Assembly (NCBI GenBank): GCA_031400515.1
Contig: JANNQA010000042.1
Location: 4,814-68,813 of the forward strand
Origin: Bacteroidota bacterium
Lineage (GTDB): Bacteria > Bacteroidota > Bacteroidia > Chitinophagales > Saprospiraceae
Reading direction: 5' to 3'
DNA: 64,000 nucleotides
Part shown: in pieces, positions 1 to 8,073 of the stretch
Position numbering within the stretch: position 1 is the stretch's first letter
How the letters are laid out: the number at the start of each line of letters is the position of its first letter
The notes under the pieces: generated by a model
Told to the model about the DNA's origin: nothing
The model's database searches: none
What the model saw: only the letters and a program-made list of their open reading frames with translations
Translations under genes and position numbers: made by a program

Positions 1-126
1 CCGAAAACGCTAGCCGGTCACCCCAAATTGCGTTTTACCTAAACCCGCTTGTTACTGAATATCATTTATGCCGTCGGACACACCACTTCCTGTACTTTCA
101 GCCAAAAGCTGACCAGCCTCTGGCTC

Positions 127-185
127 CCTGCTTCCCCTGCTTTTCCAATTTCCCCAATTTCCCCGGTTTCCCCAGCTTTCCAGTT
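127..185. repeat. 9-nt-periodic microsatellite (minus-sense GGNGAAANN) immediately 3' of the stop of the 186..599 gene
   Basis: cctgcttcccctgcttttccaatttccccaatttccccggtttccccagctttccag. The period is 9 nt. The same word family recurs at about 3022-3055, 3556-3580 and inside the tricorn ORF at 32616-32723. Confidence 0.7.
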
Positions 186-599
186 TCACCCATTCCCTAT
201 CTGCATGATCACGCTATTCATATCCAGTAAGCCCCAATGCTCGATAAATTTTCCATCACGCAGGCGAATGATATCGATGACATCCATCACGACGGGTTTA
301 TTTGTTGCCGGGATGCCGAGGAACTCCCCTTTGTGAGTGGCATGGAACGATTTTCGTGTTGTGACTTTGTCTCCATCCGCAAGTTGATCATGGATCACCA
401 CTTTGAGATCCGGGAAAGCAGGCTTGAGAAAATGATTGAAAAAGTAGATGACACCTTCAGGACCTTGCGGAGCCCCTGGGGGTGCCGTATGGTTGATGAA
501 ATCATGAGAGAAGATTTCATGAAAGGTATTGAGGTCACCGCCTTCGATGAATTCTTTGTTCACGCGGGTGACGATGGATTTGTTTTGTTCGGTATTCAT
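186..599 (-). CDS. SnoaL/NTF2-like predicted ester cyclase
   Basis: 137-aa ORF with a SnoaL-like pattern (NKEFIEGGD..., ...RDGKFIEHWG...) and a size typical of the family. Confidence 0.65.
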   Translation of the reverse strand: MNTEQNKSIVTRVNKEFIEGGDLNTFHEIFSHDFINHTAPPGAPQGPEGVIYFFNHFLKPAFPDLKVVIHDQLADGDKVTTRKSFHATHKGEFLGIPATNKPVVMDVIDIIRLRDGKFIEHWGLLDMNSVIMQIGNG

Positions 600-626
600 T
601 GTTTGTTAATTTTTACCTGGTATAGG

Positions 627-901
627 TCTCACGCCTGTCTGCCGATCAGGCAGGCAAAGAGTGTCTCACGCAAAGGCGCGGAGAACGCAAAGAGTTTTAA
701 AGAATCTCACGCAAAGCCGCAGAGAACGCAAAGAGTTTTAAAGAATCTCACGCAAAGGCGCGGAGAACGCAAAGAGTTTTAAAGAATCTCACGCAAAGCC
801 GCAGAGAACGCAAAGAGTTTTAAAGAATCTCACGCAAAGCCGCAGAGAACGCAAAGAGTTTTAAAGAATCTCACGCCTATCTGACGATCAGGCAGGCAAA
901 G
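627..901. repeat. Tandem array of 5 exact-period 41-bp units bounded by two copies of a 33-nt hairpin-containing sequence
   Basis: The unit tctcacgcaaag(g/c)cgc(g/a)gagaacgcaaagagttttaaagaa starts at 664, 705, 746, 787 and 828. The flanks tctcacgcct(g/a)tctg(c/a)cgatcaggcaggcaaag lie at 627-659 and 869-901. Confidence 0.9.
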
Positions 902-947
902 TGGTGGAGAGTGCAAAGAATCTTCTTCATAGTGCCCCTAAACGCCT

Positions 948-1152
948 TTACGTGCACAGTCTTCGAGGAGTTTCTTTGCGTCTTTTCTTCTTAGCGTCCT
1001 TCGCGCCTTTGCGTGCACTGTCTTCTAAGAGTTTCTTAGCGTCTTTTCTTTTTAGCGTCCTAGTCGCCATTGCGTGCACTGTTTTCTAAGAGTTTCTTAG
1101 CGTCTTTTCTTCTTAGCGTCCTTCGCGCCTTTGCGTGCACTGTCTTCTAAGA
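948..1152. repeat. Tandem array of about 3.3 copies of a roughly 62-bp unit, with motifs inverted relative to the 627-901 array
   Basis: The unit ...ctttgcgtgcactgtcttctaagagtttcttagcgtcttttcttcttagcgtccttcgcgc repeats. It contains ctttgcgt, the reverse complement of the acgcaaag core of the first array. Confidence 0.85.
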
Positions 1153-1224
1153 ACCGCATTACGTGATACAAAAGTGTATAGTAATTGCAAGACCTGCATA
1201 GTACGAATACGGCGAGGTATGGTA

Positions 1225-2157
1225 CTATTCCGACTTTGCACGGTATTGCGTTGGTGTGCTGCCTGTGTACTTACGGAAGAATTTGGAAAAATGAGATGGA
1301 TCTGAAAACTCAAGCTTGTATGCAATCTCAGCGACGGACATTGCAGAGTGAAGAAGATGAGCCTTTGCTTCATTGAGCAACATTTCGTCGATCAGTTCAT
1401 GTGCAGTCTTAGCTGATTGCGATTTGATCGTCCTATTCAGGTGGTCCGGAGAGACATAAAGTAGTGCAGCATAGTCAGAAACTTTGTGGATTGTGAGATA
1501 ATGCTGACTCACGAGCTTGATGAATCTGGAGAAAAGAGACACGCTGCTTTCCGAGGACTCATGGTTTATTAGCATGGTGCGATCATAGCTGCGTGCAGCA
1601 ACGACAAGGATAAGCTGGATATAGAGTTTGATAGACTGACTCATGTCCCCTTGTCTTCGTTTGACCTCGAGATCTATGTGAAAGACGAAATTTTCAATCT
1701 CGATGCCTTCTTCTTCGGAAAGTTGGAAATACTGTATGCCTGAGTAGCTCAGAAAAGGAAATCGCCTCCGGTAATCTTTAAAGAGTTCACTGCCTGCTAC
1801 AAATTCTTCATTGAACAACATATAGTAACAGAAAAAGTCTTCTGTCTGATCATACAAGGAAAAGATCTGGCCCGGGAAGCCAAATAAGATGCCATTGCGC
1901 GCAGTACTAAACGTCTCTAATCCGATGTCTATGTTGGTACTTCCTTCTCTCATCAGTCCAATCCGGAAGTATTCAGTTTTGATCGGACCGATCCGTTTTT
2001 TCATATCTATCGTTGAATAAATGCCGAATCCACCATCAATCAGTTCATCCGTATTATCCATGCCGAAGTTGCTCGTTGCACTTCCTTCCTTATGAATATG
2101 AAACAACAACCGGTCTAGTTTGTATCTCTCGATGTCGTGTAGAATACCCTTATACAT
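1225..2157 (-). CDS. AraC-family transcriptional regulator
   Basis: 310 aa with a C-terminal double HTH (…VSDYAALLYVSPDHLNRTIK…VAEIAYKLEFSDPSHFSKFFRKYTGSTPTQYR). Confidence 0.85.
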   Translation of the reverse strand: MYKGILHDIERYKLDRLLFHIHKEGSATSNFGMDNTDELIDGGFGIYSTIDMKKRIGPIKTEYFRIGLMREGSTNIDIGLETFSTARNGILFGFPGQIFSLYDQTEDFFCYYMLFNEEFVAGSELFKDYRRRFPFLSYSGIQYFQLSEEEGIEIENFVFHIDLEVKRRQGDMSQSIKLYIQLILVVAARSYDRTMLINHESSESSVSLFSRFIKLVSQHYLTIHKVSDYAALLYVSPDHLNRTIKSQSAKTAHELIDEMLLNEAKAHLLHSAMSVAEIAYKLEFSDPSHFSKFFRKYTGSTPTQYRAKSE

Positions 2158-2341
2158 AGTGTATCATTGAACAGTGATTGTCACATTCAACATTGCGTTT
2201 GCTCCGAAAAGTGCCTCACCGTTGACGCTCGCAGGTTCTGTTGAGTTCATTCAAACATTTTGCTGCCAGCTACGAACGCTGCGAGATCATCAACGCCTTT
2301 TTTGGAGTAGACTGAGCATTCAACATTCGATATTCATCATT

Positions 2342-2740
2342 CTATTCTGTAGTCTCTCCATCAAACTCCTCCTCACTGTTCTCCGCAATTTCCTTTGTCT
2401 GATGGATCACGCCGTCTTTATGATGCGGTGGTGCGTAGATTGTATAAAGCTTGAGTGCTTTGGTCTGATGTGTGTTGATCACATTATGCTTAGCGCCTGC
2501 GGGTACGATGAACGCATCACCATCTTTCAGCAAGTACACATGCCTGTCTATGATGCATTTGCCGGAACCGCTGTCCACACGGAAAAACTGATCAGTGTCT
2601 TTATGTACCTCAGCACCGATTTCTTCTCCCGGTTTGAGGCTCATCAATACAAGTTGCAGGTGAGATCCTGAATAGACTACGTTGCGGAACACTTTGTTCT
2701 TCTTCGTGTCGCGTTCGATGTTACTTTTATATCCTTTCAT
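2342..2740 (-). CDS. Cupin-domain protein
   Basis: 132 aa with cupin motifs (G…EIGAEVHKDTDQFFRV…G…AGAKHNVIN). Confidence 0.75.
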   Translation of the reverse strand: MKGYKSNIERDTKKNKVFRNVVYSGSHLQLVLMSLKPGEEIGAEVHKDTDQFFRVDSGSGKCIIDRHVYLLKDGDAFIVPAGAKHNVINTHQTKALKLYTIYAPPHHKDGVIHQTKEIAENSEEEFDGETTE

Positions 2741-2922
2741 GGTGTAAGTTGTTTTTAAGTGGCTGGTAAGTTGCTTTTAAGTTGCTTTTAAGTTGCTTGT
2801 AAGTGGCTGGTAAGTGGCTGTTAAGTTGCTTGTAAGTTAGCTGTTAACTGTGCTTGTAAAGTCACTTGTAGTACAAATTTATAAACCTTAAGCCATGCGT
2901 CTTTAGATTGTGCCCGTTCTTT

Positions 2923-3012
2923 CCATTAACCCATTAACCCATTAACCCATTAACCCATTAACCCATTAACCCATTAACCATTAACCCATTAACCCATTAA
3001 CCATTAACCCAT
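2923..3012. repeat. Octamer microsatellite (ccattaac)n, about 11 units
   Basis: Direct reading shows ccattaacccattaaccc... It lies 3' of the minus-strand GNAT gene, so the transcript sense is GGTTAATG. Confidence 0.9.
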
Positions 3013-3050
3013 AAGCCCCTGTATTCCTGCTTTACCGGCTTCACCGATTT

Positions 3051-3539
3051 TCACCGGCTTAACCTTTTCTCAAAGCACACACTATTTTCAACATTCTCAT
3101 ATTGGCCATAGGGTGGGATAGAGGCGAATCCATTCTTTTCATAAAGCGCGATTGCTTCCGGTTGTCTTTTTCCGGTTTCCAAAATGCACTTTGTGTAAGA
3201 CAATGCAGTAGCCCAATGTTCCAATTCTGATAACACTTTGGTGGCAATCCCTTTTCCTCTGCTTTCTGGTGTAGTATACATTCGTTTGATTTCTGCGATA
3301 TCGGGGGCATATTCTTTTATAGCACCGCAACCGATGGGTTTGTCATTTTCGTATGCGACGACAACATACTTGAGCTGCGCAGTTTTATTGAATTGGGAGT
3401 AAAATGCATGCTCGTCACCGTCTCTTTCAGCAAGATCTGCGTCAAGATGCTTTACGAGGTTGATGAAATCGTTATTGGTGGAGTCGGTGCGAAGGAGTTT
3501 GATCATTTTAAGAATTCTTGAAGGATTGAAGAAAGGCAT
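3051..3539 (-). CDS. GNAT-family N-acetyltransferase
   Basis: 162 aa with an acetyl-CoA binding motif region (…RGKGIATKVLSELEHWA…) and a GNAT-like length. Confidence 0.8.
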   Translation of the reverse strand: MPFFNPSRILKMIKLLRTDSTNNDFINLVKHLDADLAERDGDEHAFYSQFNKTAQLKYVVVAYENDKPIGCGAIKEYAPDIAEIKRMYTTPESRGKGIATKVLSELEHWATALSYTKCILETGKRQPEAIALYEKNGFASIPPYGQYENVENSVCFEKRLSR

Positions 3540-3581
3540 TAATCCAAATGTACTACCCAGGTTTCCCAGGTTTCTCCGTGC

Positions 3582-4079
3582 TTACTTCTTTTTCGTCCTT
3601 GTCGTTTCACTTTTCTCTGGCCTCTTTTTGGCTGAAATCGATTTCACAATTGTCTGTCCGTGCAAAATTTGTGTCTTGTCTTTGACTTTTGCAAGGGAGT
3701 TTACGTACGCTTCCTTTACGAGTTTCTTGAGATATACTCTGGGAAACTTGTCCTTGTGTGTCACCAGAATATAGCGGTACTGATTGCCCTTGCCCAGGAG
3801 CATGTTGTCAGGGTCTGAGAGCTCACTGCCCCAGTAGAAACCGAAATGAATATTCTTGCTTGATCGGCCAATGGCAATGGAACAAAATGTATGTCCAACT
3901 CTGTCAGTAGGTGACCATCCAAAAGCAACGGCATTGTAGTTGTCGTAGATCAATTCATTGGTCTTAGGATATAAATCCCAGACAAATTCCCGCAACCATA
4001 TGACCAATTCTATGCTTTCCTTACCAAAGGGTTTTAAGAATTTCATAAGATCGGTTGTCTGTTCTTTACTCATGTCCAA
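3582..4079 (-). CDS. DUF1801 (YdhG-like) domain protein
   Basis: 165 aa. The N-terminal pattern is typical of DUF1801 proteins, followed by a Lys-rich tail. Confidence 0.5.
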   Translation of the reverse strand: MDMSKEQTTDLMKFLKPFGKESIELVIWLREFVWDLYPKTNELIYDNYNAVAFGWSPTDRVGHTFCSIAIGRSSKNIHFGFYWGSELSDPDNMLLGKGNQYRYILVTHKDKFPRVYLKKLVKEAYVNSLAKVKDKTQILHGQTIVKSISAKKRPEKSETTRTKKK

Positions 4080-4091
4080 TTTCCGTTTTCG

Positions 4092-4835
4092 CTACATAAA
4101 CGCAGGAAGGATATTCACAATCCAAAACACAAAGGCAATGACCCATACCGGCCATGTGATGTAAATCGCTTTCTGTTTCCATTTATATAAAGAATAGGCG
4201 ATCAATAGCATCCATGTAATGAGAAGCCCATAGACCGGGATTGATAATATTTCAAATACGGAAAACCCCAGCGGTTCAAATGCCACAAAAAGCATGAGCA
4301 CTCCAGTGACAAGTGCGATCATAGATAAGCGATTATCAAATATTCTGCTTTCACGCATGGACAGAAAACTATAGATGAGCCATATCGATAAAAAAAGACT
4401 GCCGAGGTGTTCACCTACACTCATTCCAAAGTAGGCATTGAGTAATCCTTCAAGTGCGCTAACATCTGTCTCCGGGCTTATCGCTGTCAGATAGGGGATG
4501 GCGACAACCCATCGGATAAAACCCAACGTTTGACAAAGTCCAGCCAGAATCCCGAAGATCAATCCCGCAAGTCCATTGGAGCTGTTCGAGTCGGTAATTT
4601 TGAACAAATAGATGCTGAAGAGAATTTGCAACACCCCTGTGAATGCAAAAAGATAGTATGTCGGAATGATGATTGGCTCGTTCTGTAGAAACAATGCAAA
4701 CCTTTCAGAGACAGGCTTTCTCAGGATATCAGGAAATTCAAATGCTGACGCCAGGATACTATAAGCGGCAATACCACTTACAGCATAAAGACACAGGAAT
4801 ATTGCGGCTATTTTAAAGTCTGACTTATTTTTCAT
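4092..4835 (-). CDS. Polytopic membrane protein (DUF4386-like)
   Basis: 247 aa with about 6 hydrophobic helices. The family assignment is by resemblance only. Confidence 0.5.
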   Translation of the reverse strand: MKNKSDFKIAAIFLCLYAVSGIAAYSILASAFEFPDILRKPVSERFALFLQNEPIIIPTYYLFAFTGVLQILFSIYLFKITDSNSSNGLAGLIFGILAGLCQTLGFIRWVVAIPYLTAISPETDVSALEGLLNAYFGMSVGEHLGSLFLSIWLIYSFLSMRESRIFDNRLSMIALVTGVLMLFVAFEPLGFSVFEILSIPVYGLLITWMLLIAYSLYKWKQKAIYITWPVWVIAFVFWIVNILPAFM

Positions 4836-4880
4836 TGGGTAAAAGGTTCCTGATTTTCTCTTTCAAGTCTTTCTTCCAAA

Positions 4881-5405
4881 TCACTCTGTTCTTCTGATGA
4901 CAACTTGCGCCAATCCCTGCACATATCTCCTCCCGGTTTTAAAGTCCGAAGCACAGACGACCGGGATGCGATCCTCCAGCATCTGTATTGGCACTCCGCC
5001 TTCTTCAATGATGACATAGAGATATTCACCAGTGCCGGAATTGAAAATTTCATTCCAGGAGAATACCACTTTGTATCCGTCTGAGGCGATCAGTGTCACA
5101 TAGTATTCACTCAGAAGTTTTGGACTCTCTGAAGTAATCTCAACATCTGCCAGGATTGACTTCAGCAAGACGCCTCTGAGTCCGGTAAGGGTATCTTTTA
5201 CTGCACCAGAGTGGCTTGTGATGATGACATACGGAATATGTTCTGAAGGATAAGCATGTAAGTCATCAAGTGTCACGGTTTTCTCTGACTTAATCTGGCC
5301 GGAGATATGAAATGCATCTGTTGTCGGGATGTTTTTCTGTGCTGAGCAGAGTGAGAGAATGCAACTACAGATGACACTGAAGAAATATTTCACACGATAT
5401 CTCAT
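4881..5405 (-). CDS. Secreted protein, possibly with a molybdopterin-oxidoreductase-like fold
   Basis: 174 aa with an N-terminal signal peptide (…CILSLCSAQ). It overlaps the upstream gene by 4 nt. Confidence 0.4.
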   Translation of the reverse strand: MRYRVKYFFSVICSCILSLCSAQKNIPTTDAFHISGQIKSEKTVTLDDLHAYPSEHIPYVIITSHSGAVKDTLTGLRGVLLKSILADVEITSESPKLLSEYYVTLIASDGYKVVFSWNEIFNSGTGEYLYVIIEEGGVPIQMLEDRIPVVCASDFKTGRRYVQGLAQVVIRRTE

Positions 5406-5857
5406 TCCGCTTCGACAAGGTTTTTGATTCCTTCAAGAATAGGATTCCATCCTTCACCACCATTGTAGGATTCGTTGTACCGTCGTTCGCCATCAGCGAC
5501 TTTCGCATAATCACCCTGAGTGACTGTAAGAAGTGTGTTTCCTGCTTCGCCGGACAATCGATATGTGACCGTGAGATAGTTTTCGGGAAGATCTTCGATA
5601 TCAGAATTCGGATCAATCACGGTGTAAGCAAGGTATTTCCCAGGTTCAATTTCCACAATGTGGCCGCTCACGAAGATCACTTCCTTGCCCTCGTACTCAC
5701 CCTTCCACAGCAACGTGCTTCCCTTCTTCCAATCAGACACTGTCTCACAGCCGAACATATATTGTTTCGTCTTCTCCGGATTTACCAGCGCATCCCAGAC
5801 TTTCATAGCGGGAGCATTGATGACAATTTCGTTTTGTATGAATAATGCGCTTGACAT
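5402..5857 (-). CDS. SRPBCC / AHSA1-family protein
   Basis: 151 aa with the pattern …APAMKVWDALVNPEKTKQYMFG… and a C-terminal …GGEGWNPILEGIKNLVE typical of the Aha1/BPI START-like family. Confidence 0.75.
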   Translation of the reverse strand: MSSALFIQNEIVINAPAMKVWDALVNPEKTKQYMFGCETVSDWKKGSTLLWKGEYEGKEVIFVSGHIVEIEPGKYLAYTVIDPNSDIEDLPENYLTVTYRLSGEAGNTLLTVTQGDYAKVADGERRYNESYNGGEGWNPILEGIKNLVEAE

Positions 5858-5982
5858 AGATGACTGATATTAACTGTAATTCGAGATGTATGATTCAAAT
5901 GTATCGCTTTATGAAAATAGTGAAGGGTGATGAGTCACGCGTTTTAATCCTCATAGAATCCTATACGATCCCAACTCCTAAC

Positions 5983-7503
5983 TCATTTTTGTTTTTGATT
6001 CACAGTTGTTGCCTTGAACGTCCCTTCCGGCTGAATGGAATACATCGCTATTGGCTTTCCATCTTCCATTTCGAAGCGGACCTTATAACCACTGAGATTC
6101 CTGATACTAAATTCATGTTCGCCTGCTGGTACAAGTTCATACTCAGGTTGTCCCGGAGCGAACATCATCACTTTGTCTTCTGTGATATAGGTTTTTACTA
6201 CCATACCGGTGAAATCAAATTCTCCTGCGTATTGTTGCAGCTCAATGACACTCAACATCAGAGGGGTGACACCCTGAAGTTCATTCAATTTTTGTCTTGA
6301 AAATGGATTTTCTTTCAAGGCTAGCGCTTTTTCAAAATTCGCTACGGCATTCGCGGTATCACCTTTTGCTACAAAAAAATCGCCATACGAATCATACACA
6401 TTATAGCTCTCCGGATAGTTGGCGACGTTCAGTTTGAAAAAACTTTCCGCTTTTACGTACAACTTTGAATTCAATGCTTCATACCCAAAAGTATTCATCA
6501 TATTTTCAGAGGGACTGACTTTATACCCAAGATGCCGGGAAATATTTTTGAAATGGGTTTCATGTTTATTAGCTAAACGCGCCGTAGAATCTGTCCAATC
6601 TTCGAAGCTGAGTTTCAACCGGTAAAAATCAAATATAAAACGCAGTGCATCGTATTCAGCAATCAATGGAACGCTACCATGATCATCATTTTCATAGTAA
6701 TTGCCCTGGTATCTCAATCCGTTTTTCGTATTCTCTTTAAGGGAGCGGTCTAATTGAATTATAGATCTGATATGTGCTGTGCTTTGGGAAGTATCACTTA
6801 TTACGTGACGTACATTCATACCATCTTCCATTGTATTGGCATAGCCCAGATACAATGAAACACCATCGTATTTTTTATTGGCCAGGGCCTTTTGGGTTTC
6901 TTTTAAAAAATTCATCTTGTCATACCACATGCTTGGATCTATACACACATAGGCATTGAATAATCCCGGGTGATTGATCAGTGAATGCATGACGGCCAGT
7001 CCACCAAACGAATGTCCAATGAGCATTTTATACGGGCTGGTAGGAAACATAGAGTCAATGTGAGGTGCTAACTCTTTTTCAATAAACGAGATGAAGTTCT
7101 CACCTCCGCCCGTCGTCACAGAAAACGTGCTATCCATAAAAGGAGGATCACTTTCTATATGCGTAGGCGTCAGATCCCTGGTCCTGTCGGTGTTTGGTAT
7201 GCCTACGACAATCATTTCAGGGCAAATCGTATTGCCATTCACCTGGCTCAACTGCTGAATCATGCCTACTACCGAATAAAAATGCGCATCGCCATCCAAT
7301 AGATAAACCACAGGATAACGTTGCTGCGCATAAATGCCATTTTCTGTATCAGCATTGGGAATATATACCCACACTTTTCTTTCCTCATTCAAGATAGAGG
7401 AATAGACGCTGTCAATCTTGCCAATGACAATCTTGTTTTCTGTTTGTGCAGAAGTAAACAACGAGATGACAAGTAAAAGGATAGAAAAAGATAATGTCTT
7501 CAT
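5983..7503 (-). CDS. Secreted alpha/beta-hydrolase (putative esterase family) with a C-terminal TPR-like region
   Basis: 506 aa with a signal peptide, the serine nucleophile motif GHSFGG, and the YPVVYLLDGD pattern of esterase D / enterochelin-esterase-like proteins. Confidence 0.75.
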   Translation of the reverse strand: MKTLSFSILLLVISLFTSAQTENKIVIGKIDSVYSSILNEERKVWVYIPNADTENGIYAQQRYPVVYLLDGDAHFYSVVGMIQQLSQVNGNTICPEMIVVGIPNTDRTRDLTPTHIESDPPFMDSTFSVTTGGGENFISFIEKELAPHIDSMFPTSPYKMLIGHSFGGLAVMHSLINHPGLFNAYVCIDPSMWYDKMNFLKETQKALANKKYDGVSLYLGYANTMEDGMNVRHVISDTSQSTAHIRSIIQLDRSLKENTKNGLRYQGNYYENDDHGSVPLIAEYDALRFIFDFYRLKLSFEDWTDSTARLANKHETHFKNISRHLGYKVSPSENMMNTFGYEALNSKLYVKAESFFKLNVANYPESYNVYDSYGDFFVAKGDTANAVANFEKALALKENPFSRQKLNELQGVTPLMLSVIELQQYAGEFDFTGMVVKTYITEDKVMMFAPGQPEYELVPAGEHEFSIRNLSGYKVRFEMEDGKPIAMYSIQPEGTFKATTVNQKQK

Positions 7504-7618
7504 AAGATTAATACATGATTTCGATAAAAGAGAAGCTGAAAGAAACGGGTGAAGGAATTGAGACAGAGTAATTCACAGTGTGCGCAAAATACGGTTTCAT
7601 TTGCTAGAGTTCGCCTCG

Positions 7619-8050
7619 ACTTTTTGCTCTTCACACCCCGTCCGGCGCCATAGGCTATGGCCGTCCGCGTGCCGTCGTAGCTTCGTCCGGCGCCATAGGC
7701 TCTGGCCGACGGCGTCAGCGGAGGAGCGTGGAGACCAGTCCCTCGACAAGGGGAGAGCTACCCACAAAGCCAGACATTATAGCAAAAGATTTTATTAGAA
7801 TTGATAATCGACAATTGAAAATCGAGCCTTGCCTGCCGGCCTCGCTCTGCGCTCCGTCGCCGTAGCCGGCTTTGGCGCAGGCGCCCGAAGTGGCTACGCG
7901 AAGGCGATGCAGGCAGGAATCCTCATTTCCCTTGATCTGCTTTTTGCTCTTCATACCCCCAACCCCTCGACGAGGGGAGAGCTCACCCCCAAAGCCGGAC
8001 TTATAGCAAAAGATTTTATTTGAATTGATAATCGACAATTGAAAATCGAG
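7619..8050. repeat. Two copies of a roughly 110-bp intergenic element, the first interrupted by a nested duplicated insert
   Basis: The head ctttttgctcttca(c/t)acccc occurs at 7619 and 7939. The body ccctcgac(a/g)aggggagagct…atagcaaaagattttatt(a/t)gaattgataatcgacaattgaaaatcgag occurs at 7739-7825 and 7963-8050. The insert at 7639-7738 contains gtccggcgccataggct twice. Confidence 0.85.
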
Positions 8051-8073
8051 AATCATTCGTTGATCCCTTCCCC

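Noticed and set aside
237-782. A 181-aa plus-strand ORF.
   Set aside because: It is antisense to the well-supported ester-cyclase gene, and its C-terminus is translated from the 41-bp tandem repeat.
627-1152. A possible CRISPR array, given the regular 41-bp and roughly 62-bp repeats.
   Set aside because: The units are contiguous with no unique spacers and no cas genes are nearby. These are plain tandem repeats. The same reasoning applies to 50369-50574 and 2923-3012.
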